Positions 1 through 11,519 of a DNA stretch of 38,954 bases are shown here, one piece after another. The translations under genes and the position numbers were made by a program. Source of the DNA: Chiloscyllium plagiosum. Taxonomy: Eukaryota. Position 1 is the stretch's first letter; every line of letters starts with the position of its first letter. The notes beneath the pieces are model-generated. The model did no database searches. It was not told the DNA's origin and was given only the letters and a program-made list of their open reading frames with translations. Where the stretch lies: positions 52,980,280 to 53,019,233 of the forward strand of contig NC_057718.1 in the NCBI RefSeq assembly GCF_004010195.1, written 5' to 3'.

Positions 1-399
1 ACGTGTCAGATTGTGGACATAGATACCACTATTATGCGTGGGAACACCTCCCACCTTGTACATGGCAGGTACTCATGTGACTCAGCCAACGTCGTCTATC
101 TTATACGTTTCAGGCAAGGATGCCCGGAGGCATGGTACATTGGGGAAACCGAGCAAAGGTTACGACAACGGATGAATGGGCACCGCACAACAATCAACAG
201 ACAGGAGGGTTCCCTCCCAGTTGGGGAACACTTCAGTGGTCCAGGACATTCAGCCTCGGACCTTCGGGTGACCATCCTCCAAGGTGGACTTCGGGACAGG
301 CAGCAGAGGAAAGTGGCTGAGCAGAGGCTGATAGCTAAGTTCGGTACCCATAGGGAGGGCCTCAACCGGGACCTTGGGTTCATGTCACATTACAGGTGA
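1..399 (+). CDS. C-terminal GIY-YIG endonuclease domain of the PLE polyprotein (frame open from the window start, so 5'-partial)
   Basis: Translation TCQIVDIDTT...HGRYSC..NVVYLI..WYIGET.Q.LRQRMNGHR..VGEHF...H...AEQRLI..F......GLN contains the VVY/YIG, R, E and N motifs of PLE GIY-YIG domains. Confidence 0.85.
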   Translation, partial: TCQIVDIDTTIMRGNTSHLVHGRYSCDSANVVYLIRFRQGCPEAWYIGETEQRLRQRMNGHRTTINRQEGSLPVGEHFSGPGHSASDLRVTILQGGLRDRQQRKVAEQRLIAKFGTHREGLNRDLGFMSHYR

Positions 400-410
400 T
401 CACCATTGCA

Positions 411-412
<2 letters not shown>

Positions 413-447
<35 letters not shown>
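413..447 (+). repeat. (CA)n microsatellite
   Basis: Directly visible ACAC run; explains the HT-repeat ORFs at 396-746 and 406-618. Confidence 0.97.
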
Positions 448-450
<3 letters not shown>

Positions 451-928
451 TCTCACACTCACAACCCCCACCCCAGACAGACACACAGACAGACAAAGAC
501 CCAAATGCACACATATATATTGTGTGTGGTGATTTGTTTGGTACTTTCAGAGTTACATTGCACTTTGCTCAAAAACCACATAGATTCATGTCAAACTCTG
601 AGCTCAAAAACTGCATGAATTTATGTAAAACTCCTTTATTTCTCTTTTTAGATTGGAATCAATCTAAACATCGGGTCATAGACAGAGAACACAGGAGGCG
701 AACACCTTCAACATATTGTCTAGATATCGCCATTGTAAACAGCTAACCCCAGAATGCAATTTTAAAAAAAAGGGTTTTGGGATTTACACATGAAAGTAGT
801 GAAACTATCACTGTATTCTAACAGATGAAAGGCTTAACAGACAATCAATTCTTCAATGTATAATTTCAGTTACATCACACTGCAAATTTTTGCTATAAAT
901 TCTGTGTTACGATCGAGCCCTCCACAAT

Positions 929-963
929 CACCTGATGAAGGAGCGTCGCTCCGAAAGCTAGTG
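929..963 (+). ncRNA. Minimal type-I hammerhead ribozyme, intact core
   Basis: CAC-CTGATGA-A-GGAGC-GTC-GCTCC-GAAA-GC-TA-GTG: stem I CAC/GTG, CUGAUGA core, stem II GGAGC/GCUCC, GAAA, palindromic AGCU stem III, UA cleavage site after 960. Confidence 0.85.
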
Positions 964-1019
964 TGCTTCCAATTAAACCTGTTGGACTATAACCTGGTGC
1001 TGTGTGATTTTTAACTTTG

Positions 1020-1170
1020 AACATTTAAAAGGCATTTGGATGGGTACATGAATAGGAAGGATTTAGAGGGATATGGGCGAAGTGCTGACAAATGGGACTA
1101 GATTAATTTACGATGTCTGGTTGGCACCAAAGTTTCTATTTCCAATCTGTACATTTCTATGACTGTATAA
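1020..1170 (+). mobile_element. CR1 LINE 3'-end fragment
   Basis: acatttaaaaggcatttggatgggtacatgaataggaagg...gggactag resembles the CR1 3' end at 24738-24900. Confidence 0.8.
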
Positions 1171-1499
1171 GATATTTCAATTGTCCATCTAGGAGAACAT
1201 ACTCTGAAAATGGCATGAGAACCCATTATTAGGCTGAGACTTGTATGAGACTTTGAGGCACAGCCTATAACGGACAAAGGTCACAACAGCTAGAATTGTC
1301 TCATGTCAAATCAAAAGGCCACAATTACTTGGGCTCTATTTTCAGGACGAATGCTGGAAACTTGTCCTGGACCAGAGAGACCACTTCATGCTTGTTCGTG
1401 AGCGCGTTGAGCTGGATGTGAGACAACCACTTTAGAGAAAGGGAAATGGTGTCCGTGCCAAGGCTTCCTGAAGGTGGACTCTGGTGCTTAGCTTGGCTT

Positions 1500-2050
1500 G
1501 AACCCTCCTACCTGGCCCTGCTGCATTCATTCCAGACTACTTTTCAGAAATTAAATTCTGGATGAACAAAAATGCCTTGCAATTAAATGTTATTCATATA
1601 AAGTTCTGCTCAGCTGTCAGCTCTATGCTTGCTCCCCTTCAAGTAATGCCAAAATTTTAAAAGTGAAATTCAAAACCCTTAATTTCAAATTCTTCCATGA
1701 ATTAACCCCTCCTTATCACTCTAATCTTCTCCTGCCTTCATGCTCCGGGTTACCTGCGCTCTTTTAATTCTGGCTTCCACACCATCCTTTATTTTAAATA
1801 CTGGGGCCATTATCAACTGACTTCCACATGCTTTTGACCAGAGCTCTGTCGTTTCCTCCCTTTATCTCTTTGCCTCCCTAACTCATTTTACTTCCTTAAC
1901 CCACTTTTGAAATCTGTCTCTTTGTTAAAACTTTTGGTCTTTGGTCTTGTATTTCCTCACGTGGCTTGGTGTCATATTTTGTTGGTTTTGGGATAGATTT
2001 TTGGACATTTTATGATTTTGAATGTGCTCTCTCAATATGAGTTGTTGCTA
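1500..2050 (+). mobile_element. Old L2-type LINE 3' fragment
   Basis: Degenerate peptides SEIKFWMNKNALQLN and FKFFHELTPPY resemble the L2 RT C-terminus; ends in an L2-like tail (...aatatgagttgttg). Confidence 0.6.
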
Positions 2051-2628
2051 TTATGAGACTTCCACAGTAGCAGACTTCGTAATCTTTTTATGCATCATGA
2101 ATATTTATTGTATCTGTGCAACAGAGTGAATTTTAGCACTATGAGATGAATATTTAAATGATTACCTGTTAGTATCTATCCTGATCAGCATTAAATGATT
2201 TGAGATAAAAGAAGTATAAAAAAAGGGTGATGTGTTGACTGTCATTCTGCATCTCACTGTTTATGAGGAGAGGATCCTAACTCTGACCACACTGAGCAGA
2301 GTCCAGACTGGGTATAGGAGGCTGCTCTTGACTTTCTGTGCCAGAATCTCTTTAGCAAAGACTGTCTCCCTTGACTGGACTGGAACCTGTTAACATCCAT
2401 GGCAATCTTCCTGGCTGTGTTTGAATGGCATGAGCCAGTAGTAATATGAGCCTGGAATCTCTGGCTGAGGGTGGCAATGTGCAAAAAGGCCAGGCAAGGC
2501 AATGCTGGGCAGGGATGTTGTACGCATTCAGGTTGGCACATGATTTGGAGATACTGGTGTTGGACTGGAGTATACAAAGTTAAAAATCACACAACAGCAG
2601 ATTATAGTCCAACAGGTTTATATGGAAG

Positions 2629-2663
2629 CATGGACTTTCGGAGCACTGCACCTTTATCAGGTT
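2629..2663 (-). ncRNA. Decayed hammerhead motif (probably inactive)
   Basis: Minus strand reads AAC-CTGATAA-A-GGTGC-AGT-GCTCC-GAAA-GTCC; the core G8 is changed to A and stem III is disrupted. Confidence 0.65.
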
Positions 2664-3044
2664 GTTGTGGAATGTAAGATCACAAGACACAGAATTTATA
2701 GTAACAATTTTCAGTGTGATGTAACTGAAATTATGCATTGAAAAAGACCAGGATTGTCTGTTAAGTCTCCCATCTCTTAGAATGAACATATTAGTTTCAG
2801 TTCTTTCGAATGTAAATTACAGAACATTTTTAAAGTTACATTCTCAGGTGAACTTCAACAATTGGTGTCATGTCAGCCTAGATAATGCATTGAAGGTGCG
2901 AGGTACCCTGTGAGACTGTCTGTGCCACAATGTTCAGACTGATTCTAATCTAAAAAAATGGATTTGCAAAATCTTACATGAATTCATGCAGTTTTTGAGC
3001 AAAATAAAATGTAAATCTGAAAGTACAAATTCATCCCACAAACT

Positions 3045-3282
3045 TATATGTGTGTTTGTGCGTCAGAGGGGACAGTTTATGGGGGACAGTTTATGGGTGT
3101 CTGTGAGAGAGTGTATGTGTTGTGTTAGTGGCAGTGTAAAGGGTATAAGTCTGTGAGAGGTTGTGTATGTGAAAGTGGGAGGGGATGTGTGAGCGTTTGA
3201 GAAAGAGCTTGTGTATGAGAGAGGGTCTGTGTGTGTGAGTGTGTGTGTCTGTAGGTGTATGTGTCTGTAGGAGTGTGTGTGT
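3045..3282 (+). repeat. Degenerate (GT/GA)-rich low-complexity tract inside the PLE 3' region
   Basis: Visible GTGT/GAGA runs. Confidence 0.85.
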
Positions 3283-4099
3283 GGCTCCTGGGAAGGACTG
3301 GACAATGAAGGGTACCCTGTTGGTTGCAGCTCACGTCTGTTTCCTGAGGAGGTCATGACAGTTTCTCATTGTGGCATGTTGGAACTGGTGGTCGATGAGT
3401 TGAGTATCGTACCCCATTCTTATGAGGGCACTTCCAGGTACCCGTCACGTTCCTCCTCATTGGTACAGAGTGTGTGAGCACTGTGACATCGAATGAACAG
3501 CTTGGAGATGCAGTCTGGACCTGTCCATGAGTTGGGTATGTGTTCCCCTGAGCACAAAGTGTCCTTGCTCCTGTATTAGTATGATAGCTACTGGTTCACC
3601 CTGAGATATTGCATTAAAATGTAGAAGAGGCCTGGGAATTGAAGGGAGATGTGCCAAATCTGAAAGGATGGCATATGTCAGATGTCAATATCCATGCATG
3701 TATGGCCAGTGCCCATGCAGTGTGACTGATGCCAAGTGTCCAATGCCCAAGTGTCCAAAATAGAAGTCTTTTGGAACAAATAGAAAGTTAAATCTGCTAC
3801 TAACCTGTTCTAGTTTCCGTGTTGAGTTTTCCAGATAGCTAGTTTGCAAGAGGACTTTGGTAAGAAAGTATTCTGTGATGGCGTGGGCTGTTAATAGTAC
3901 GTTTAACAATAAGGAACATCAACTACAACTGTACTGCTACCTGTAAGAATCTCATCATGTCACTTGAGGAATCATATAAAATGCAACAAGATGATCTTGA
4001 CATTGGTTTAGGCTTTGCCAAGATTATTTTTGATTCTGCCATACCCCTCGCCGTGGATAACATTGCTCAGAACATGATAAGCTTCCACCTTAAGTGACT

Positions 4100-4690
4100 G
4101 TTGAAACTAATCTTTTGGTCAATAATCAGTCCCATGCTATTGATGGTGAGGGATATGATGATGGTACTGAATATCAAGGTAAAGCAATTGAAAATATTTG
4201 TTGGAGATGAGATGATTCATTTGTGACATGATTATTATTTGCCACTTATTAGCCCTATTCTGGACGTAAGCCAGGTTTTGCTGCATCCAGGCATGAGCAG
4301 CTTCCTTATTAGAAGGAAAGGAGATGATTAGCTTCCAACACAGCAGCATCCTCTGTTCTTGGTAAAATTCTCTTGATTGAAGAGCTTTTTTACTATGATA
4401 GACAATTTTATTTGATTTTTTAATGCCGGACTTGAATAAACACTGCTTTGATCTCGGGGCAATAACTCCCCTCTCACCTCTCAGAGCTTGGTTTATTTGT
4501 TCACATTTAGATCTAGGTCATTGATGAGGTTCAGAGCCAATTGGCTTTGATAGAACCCAAACTGAACATCAGTTCAATAGCACTGTCAGCAACAGATCCC
4601 ATTATTTTTCCAATAGTTGAGAGTAGCCTGATGGGAAGGTCACCTTGAATTTGTTTTGCTTTTTGTGGACAGGATAATTTGCTGCATTTA
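4100..4690 (-). mobile_element. Old non-LTR retrotransposon RT fragment (CR1/L2 group; same family as 10230-11330)
   Basis: Minus-strand peptides WMQQNLAYVQNRANKWQ and PIRLLSTIGKIMG resemble LINE RT motifs. Confidence 0.6.
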
Positions 4691-5104
4691 AGCAACTTGT
4701 TAGTATTTAACAAACTGAAATCAGATTCACCAAATGTTATTAAGAATTTTGCATTCTCCCTTTAGATTATAAACTCAGACCTCTAGATTGTTGGTGCAGT
4801 GACATAACCTGTCAGCTAGCATGCTCAGTACTGCTCCTAACTTCACCCACAGTGCGCACTGACACCCACATACTGCTACCACGGTTAACACTTGTTGCAT
4901 TGAATTCATAGCAACACATTCTCCCAACACAACTTGCTGCAGTGTTAATGGGGGTATTAAAATCTGGCACTTTGCATTCACGAATTTAAATAGCATTGGA
5001 CTACATGTTGTGGTGTTAACTCCAATTACTGGTAGTGTAAAGGTAATAACATCGTGTAAGAAGAATAGAAAATGGTGGAGGTGTACAGCAAGCAATCCAG
5101 AATT

Positions 5105-5520
5105 TATGAATTTGGTTTAAATTGGACTGGAAGCCTGTGACAAGCAGTGTGCCATAAGGATCAGTGCTGGGTCCACTGCTTTTGTCATTAATACAAATGC
5201 TTTGGATGTGAATATCGGAGGTAGAGTTAGCAAGTGTTCAGATTACACTAAAATTGATTGTGTAGTGAACAGCAAAGAGGATTATCTTAGAGTACAATTG
5301 GATCTTGATCAGATGGACCAACAGGCCAAGGAGTGGAAGATAGGGTTTGATTTAGGGTGTGAGGTGTTGCTGTTTGGTAAGGTAACTCAAGGCAGGACTT
5401 ACATAGTTAATAGAAGGGCCCCGGGGGAGTGTTGCTGAATAAAGAGCCTGAGGTGTGCAGGTGCATAATTCTTTGAAAGTGGAGTTGCAGGTATACACAG
5501 ATGTAAAGAAAATGGTTGGT
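5105..5520 (+). mobile_element. CR1 LINE RT fragment
   Basis: [16 protein letters not shown] then LDVNIGGRVSKCSDYTKIDCVVNS...LQLDLD-like sequence, a degenerate KFADDTK motif. Confidence 0.85.
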
Positions 5521-6499
5521 GGGTAAATATGTAACTTCCAGACTATCCCTTAAGGCTCCCTAACCAAGATGGATGGGGTTATAGCCAGATTTTGTCAAAT
5601 GTATATACTAAGCAAATTCAAAGAAAATTTAAAATCCTTTTGAGTCTTTTTCTGGTCCTTTGCACTTTATCGGTAGTTCGGTTTGATTGGACTTCCACTG
5701 TGGTTTCCCATTGAAGAGGCCCAGCACATATTGCAGTCAGGTGCTGATGACACCATTGTAACTAAAGTGCATGTGCTAAAAAATATCCCTGATGGCTTTC
5801 TCTGATTTTCTTACCATCTGCTTAGTACAAGAGGTGGAAATTACAGTAATTCCAGATCTAGTCCTAATAAGTGATTTTAATTTCTAGCCTGAATGATTTC
5901 ACCTCAATATTTTAGGACTGATATGGTCAGGAATAGGATCCCATTAATAAAATTAGGAATAATTTCCTGTAGCTCTACAATTCCAATATTTTAGTGGATT
6001 CATTTCTCTCGAGCAACTCATTCTATTATGTATGCATTCAGTTCTTTTAGTGAGAACACTGAGGAACACAAGACATTTTTCATTCTGAGAAAAGGTGTCA
6101 AGCATTTATGATATGGACATATCTTTAGTTTATTTTAAATCTTTTATGTTTTTAGTATTTATATTTTTAAAAGTATAAAATGGGAAAGAACACTTGTTTT
6201 GTAAAACAGTAATCAGCATATCTGAAAATAAAACTCTTTCATCGTTAGTTACACAGTTTGACATCTCCAGATGAACATCACAGCTGGATCTAAGCAGTGA
6301 TTTCCTTTTATCAATTAGAACACCTGCAGACTGTGTTGATTGGATATCAGTTTGTTTATTTATGTATAAGCATTTTGTACAAGCAAAATGAATTAATTCA
6401 GGCTTCACCTGGCCACACCGACGGAGCTAGGAGGTGTATGCTTGTGATGTTTCACTCTGTAAATACAATGCTGAGTACAGCTTGATTCATGGGAAAGCA

Positions 6500-6835
6500 A
6501 TGGCCTTAGGGCATCAATGCTGGATTATTAATCCAGAAACTCAACTAATGTTCTCAGCGCAGAGGTTCAAAACTTGCCATGACAGGTGGAATTTGAATTC
6601 AATAAAAAAAAAATCTGGAATTAGTGTCTAATGATGACTATGAAGCATTTGTCAAAAACACCTATCTGGTTCACTAATGTGGGGAAGGAAATTTGCCATC
6701 ATCATCTGATCTGGCCTACATGTTGTTCCAGACCCACAATAATGTGGTTGACTCTTACTTGCCCTCTGGGCAATTAGGGATGTGCAATAAATGATGGCCT
6801 AGTCAGAGACACCCACATCCCATGAGTGATTTAGG
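6500..6835 (+). mobile_element. tRNA-derived SINE of a second (non-HE1) family
   Basis: tRNA-like head with a B-box-like ggttcaaaac, about 330 bp long, tail gggcaattagggatgtgcaataaatgatggcctagtcagagacacccacatccc; family recognised from memory of shark repeats. Confidence 0.6.
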
Positions 6836-6959
6836 AAATTCCCATGCACATGGTGACACAAATTTGCTTGTTTTGACAGGAAGGCGGGATTTATTTCAAT
6901 AAAAACATTGATGATGTCTCCAACAAGAAGAAAAATCTTCAGTTAAACTTGTAAGCTAT

Positions 6960-7210
6960 ATTAATCAACAGATATACAGGGCAGCAATCACACCTGATTG
7001 CTTCCAACCCACACCATTCCAATCTAGTGCCTGCACTGTCATCAGCTGAACTGCATGGAACTACCTACCCAATTAACAGTGGGTGCACATACTGCACATG
7101 AATGGCAGTGGTTTAAGAAGAAGGTTCATCACCATCTCCAGTGCAATGGGTCAATAAGTGCAGGCTTTCCACTGAGGTCATATTGTGAGGACTATGTTAA
7201 AAAATAAAAA
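6960..7210 (+). mobile_element. Old LINE 3'-end fragment sharing its tail with the SINE at 6500-6835
   Basis: gcagtggtttaagaagaaggttcatcaccatctc...gggtcaataagtgcaggc followed by an A-rich end. Confidence 0.5.
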
Positions 7211-7532
7211 CAAACCACTGTAATGATGTAATAGAGAACATGGTCATTCCCTACATATCTTGTGTTATAGGTTCTCTCTGTTTCACTTTTTCTTTTGATG
7301 CTTTCCATACAACTACAGTTTTCCTCTGCCCGACTTATGGAAGAATATTCATTGTGTGGTCTGTGGAACTTCGGGCTGTGGCTATAAAATGAACTACCAA
7401 TGGTTAGATTCTATATCTGTAAAGGGTATCACAGGCAAATTGTGGACCCTTTACATCCACTCCTTCAGTTATTCATGATTCCTCCAATTCTTGTGCTCTC
7501 TATTACACAATACTGCATATATTGGGAATTTG

Positions 7533-7717
7533 AAATAAAAGCAATAAGTGCTGCAGGAAGGCAATAAATCAGGTAGTGTCCATACAGAAAAAATAAGATA
7601 TGTAATGTTTCAGGCTGATAAATCTTTGCCATTGGCCTGAAATAGTAACTCTGTTTCTCTCACCACAGGTATTGACTTGTCCAACTGAGCATTTGCCACC
7701 TTTTCTGTTTAAGTTTC
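7533..7717. mobile_element. Ancient head-to-head pair of PLE termini (degenerate palindrome)
   Basis: Inner inverted repeat tttcaggc (7608-7615) / gcctgaaa (7635-7642). The right arm taactctgtttctctcaccacag...ctgagcattt resembles the PLE terminus at 12300-12370 (minus strand). Confidence 0.5.
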
Positions 7718-10229
7718 GCACTCTCTCTTTTGCACATGGTCTTTCACCCAACTGTCTCTGGCACTGTCAGAGAAAGCATTTTCACAACATTGCTTTTCAT
7801 CACACTTTTGTTTCCTGAATTCTGTCTCCATTGATCCTCGAAACAATCTCTCTCTTTCTCTAAGTTTATTCTTCCTTTTCTTCATCTCATAATTTCATGA
7901 AGTTGACACTACACAAATCAATAGCTATAACGGATGTTTCTTTAAAGCACTGGTATTTTCCTTTCCCTTCTCTCGAGTCTACTTGTCCAGACATGCTCTG
8001 GTTATTTTTGAATGTGATGAATCTTACCGAAGTATATTTTTGAACTTTGTTTACAAGATGGTTTTTAAGTAAATCTGACAGAGAATCTGATAGAAGTTGA
8101 AGAAAATAAGTCCTCAATCGATCTAAGTGAATGGAATGAATACATTCTGGTAAATCATGGGCACGGCAGACTTGAATCCAATGTCACTTCTGAGAGCCAC
8201 AGCTCTGGGCAAAAAATAATAATTGCAAACCTATGCATTTGGAAGAAAATGGGTCCTTCACAAAAAGCAATAGACAATTTGGTTGGATAGATTTAGTCAC
8301 ATGATTGTAAAATGGATTTTTTTAAACCTTTTGCTCTGTTTCAACATTGTGTTTTGAACATTAAACATCTTACATAGAGAAATAAAAGGAGATGAGAATC
8401 CAGTTTTGAAGGCACGTTGCATGACACATTTAACAATAAAATAGCTCAACAGAGTACTACTTATAGGAATGTCGATTGCAGCAAATATTTAATATACAGC
8501 AAGTTTTTGAGGGAACAGGTGTCTGTGTACATTGTCATAAAAATTATTATATAATATGTTAATTATATTATCTGTTACATTGACATAAAATTAATGAATA
8601 AATTGCATAAATTTGTATGAATATTAATGTTTTACATTCCTTCTTTTAAGTTTTGAAGAAGTATTATATTTATGGTGCTCCATGTGGAAATACATGTTGT
8701 TGTGTATACATGAATCACTTATTTAGGTTGCCCCTAGTAAAAAAGGTGGTTTGTGAACTGTTAATACTACTCTTACCAGGTAAGAGGGTGTAGTATTGTC
8801 AAGAACCCTTTCAGAAATCAAATAGATGCAGAGACAAATAGCATTGCTTTTCTCTGTTCATTTTTAAATGCATCTATTTAAAATGGCTTAATCTGATATT
8901 TTAGCAAAGACTATTATCGTTACCAATGTTACACCATGAGATTTAAACCCAATTGAGTGCTGATGGCATCTCCTGCAGTATTGATTTAATACTTGTCATA
9001 AATCCTGGGATGATTCAACATCAACTCGGCACATTAATTCAGCATCTTCACACTGTCAGGCTCAATAATCCTTCCAAGCTACATGTCCCTAATGATGCTA
9101 TTCCTCTTCTTACAGAATATTATAAGAGTGAACAATCAATAGATGAAAACAAGAGCATATTAAAGTTAACCATAATTCTTTATAACCACTATGGATTATA
9201 CAGCTTCCCATTACAACTGACAGCAAAATCCGCATAACTGATTTAAAGCTAGTATTTCTTATCAACAGAACAGGAATAGTGCACCAACCGCCTGGTAAAG
9301 CATAACCATTTATTGAATCTTACACCTTGTTTTGCAGTTTGCAAGAACTTATTATAAAAATAAATATTACTGATTTTTTTGAGTGAAATTAGCTTCAGAA
9401 TCACACTGACAATGGCAACATTTCCATTTCAATAAACTTTCCGCTGTCAGATTTCAAACAAAACTGAAAAAAAAAATCTAGTGACATTGGGAATTACGTA
9501 CTGCTGAATATGTTTCTCAGTTGTACTGTTATTTTTGTGGTGAAGCTATTCGGTAAATTTCTGACTGTGCAATTTGGAAATAATTTTACAGCATGGTGCT
9601 GATTTTGCTTCTTGCATGGATTTAGCCAAGTCAGTGGTTTTCTAGTCATAGACTGCATAAAGTGCTCAGAAATTTAGACCTATCCTTCAGTGAAGTCTGA
9701 CATTGCTGCAATTAGCTGTACAGCATTGCTGTTATGAGTGCTTAAGGATTTAGTGGCAGAGGCTGAACGTTATCAATGTGGCATTTTCTGAGTTGGATTA
9801 ATCCAAAAATGACTTTTTCATGCTCCAGCAACTTTATGCGTTAACAAGGAGAGGAAAAAATGGCTTTTCACAAAATGTATCACTTTTATTTATTAACCTG
9901 TTAGCATACAGAGCACGTGTTTAATATTGCTTCTTATTGATATAGTTCAACACAGACAGATTGGAAAGCAAGGAGAGGTGGCTTAACTTCTTATTACTGC
10001 TTAATGTGCACAAGACTGTCAGCTTATTCTGTACTCATTATATTCCACCATTTTTGTTAGTTTTATTGAAGGAAGAATATTGATCAAGAAATCTCTTATA
10101 TTTTAAGGAAATTTGGAAACATGTGAAGTCTAAATATTCAAATATCAACACATGTTTCTATATTTCCAATTTAGTAAAAAGGAAAGGAATATGAAATTAA
10201 AAGATGAGGCATAGTGTGCGACAGTGTGA

Positions 10230-11330
10230 CAGGAACAGCAATACGTTTCCAAGTCAGGATAATGTGTGGCTTGGAGGGGAATTTTTAGGTGGTTGTGTTC
10301 CCATGTATCTACTGCCCTTGTCCATCGAGCTGGAAATGTTTCTGTGTTTGGAAGATGCTCTGTAAGGATCTTTGGTGAATTTCTATAGAATATCTTGTAG
10401 CTAGGACACACTGCTGCTACTGAGTACCACTGGTGGAAGGAGTGGATGCTTGTGGCTGTGTTGCCAATCTAGAGAGCTACTTTTAGATTAGATTAGATTA
10501 CATTACAGTGTGGAAACAGGCCCTTCGGCCCAACAAGTCCACACCGACCCGCCGAAGCGCAACCCACCCATACCCTACATTTACTCCTTACCTAACACTA
10601 CGGGCAATTTAGCATGGCCAATTCACCTGACCTGCACATCTTTGGACTGTGGGAGGAAACCGGAGCACCCGGAGGAAACCCACGCAGACACGGGGAGAAC
10701 GTGCAAACTCCACACAGTCAGTCGCCTGAGGTGGGAATTGAACCCGGGTCTCCGGTGCTGTGAGGCAGCAGTGCTAACCACTGTGCCACCGTGCCCCTGT
10801 CCTGGATGATGTCAAGCTTCTTGAGTGTTGTTGGAGCTGTAATCATCGATGCAAGTAGGGAGTATACTATCACATTCCTGACTTGTGCCTTGCTGATGGT
10901 GAACAGGAAGTGAATTACTGACCAGAGTATTCCTGGTTTCTGGGATGTTCTGGTTACCACTGTGTTTATATGACAAGTCCAGTTGAGGTGGTGGTCAATA
11001 GTGAGCCCCAGGACTTTGATAGAGGCAGTTTCAGTGATGGTAACACCATTGAGTGTCAATAGGCAAAGGTGAGATCTCCTCTTATTGAAGATGGTCATTA
11101 CTTGGCATGTGAGTGGCACAAATTCTACTTGTCACTTGCCAGTTATTGCATTTGAACATTGACTGCCTCAGGGGTCGTGTATGGTGCTGAACATTGTGCA
11201 ATGATTGGAGAACTTCCCCATTTCTGACCAAGTGTTGGAGGGAAGGCCAGTGATGAAAGCAGTTGAAGATAGTTGGGCCTAGGACACTACCTTGAGGAAC
11301 TCCTTCAGAGATATCCTAGACTGAGTTGTG
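10230..11330 (-). mobile_element. LINE RT C-terminal fragment (CR1/L2 group) interrupted by an HE1 SINE
   Basis: ORF 10718-11119 gives KVLGLTIDHHLNWTCHI...KAQVRNVIVYS...TLKKLDIIQD; homology resumes left of 10483. Confidence 0.8.
10483..10796 (-). mobile_element. HE1-type tRNA-derived SINE, young copy
   Basis: Minus strand has A box TGGCACAGTGG, B box GGTTCAATTCC, the CR1-like hairpin GGGCCGAAGGGCC and a (TCTAA)n tail; four more copies occur in the window. Confidence 0.92.
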
Positions 11331-11463
11331 AAGCAGAGGAATGCCAGGTGAGCTGTAAAGTTCCTCAATTACAAATATATTGCAAGTTTATCTAATCTGC
11401 TCAAGATATAGGAACTATTCATGCCATAATCCTATATGCAAGGCTGCCTTTCACTGGTACTGT

Positions 11464-11519
11464 TGGGGATGGGGATGGGGATGGGGATGGGGGTGGGGGG
11501 GTGGGGTGGGGAGGGGAGG
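11464..11519 (+). repeat. G-rich (GGGGAT)n/(GGGGT)n tract, potential G-quadruplex
   Basis: Nine runs of at least 4 G separated by 1-2 nt. Confidence 0.9.

Larger units (their letters stand above)
1..1019 (+). mobile_element. Penelope-like retroelement (PLE), 3' portion: GIY-YIG end, (CA)n, 3' terminal region with hammerhead
   Basis: GIY-YIG reading frame at 1-399. The non-coding 3' region 480-1019 matches the reverse complement of about 2577-3060, and a hammerhead core lies at 929-963. Confidence 0.9.
2541..3490 (-). mobile_element. PLE fragment, same family as 1-1019, older and internally deleted
   Basis: The reverse complement shares the terminus (aaacctgttggactataa...tgtgtgatttttaacttt). 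3280-3490 translates to HTLCTNEEERDGYL / LIRMGYDTQLIDHQFQHA...RVPFIVQSFPGA (PLE post-RT linker), joined directly to the CA-rich 3' region with no GIY-YIG. Confidence 0.8.

Noticed and set aside
396..746. His/Thr-rich ORFs (also 3063-3356)
   Set aside because: Translations of (CA)n or CA-rich tracts.
10720..10796. tRNA gene (also at about 20810, 23084, 28215 and 31061)
   Set aside because: The A/B boxes are heads of HE1-type SINEs and continue into SINE body and tail.
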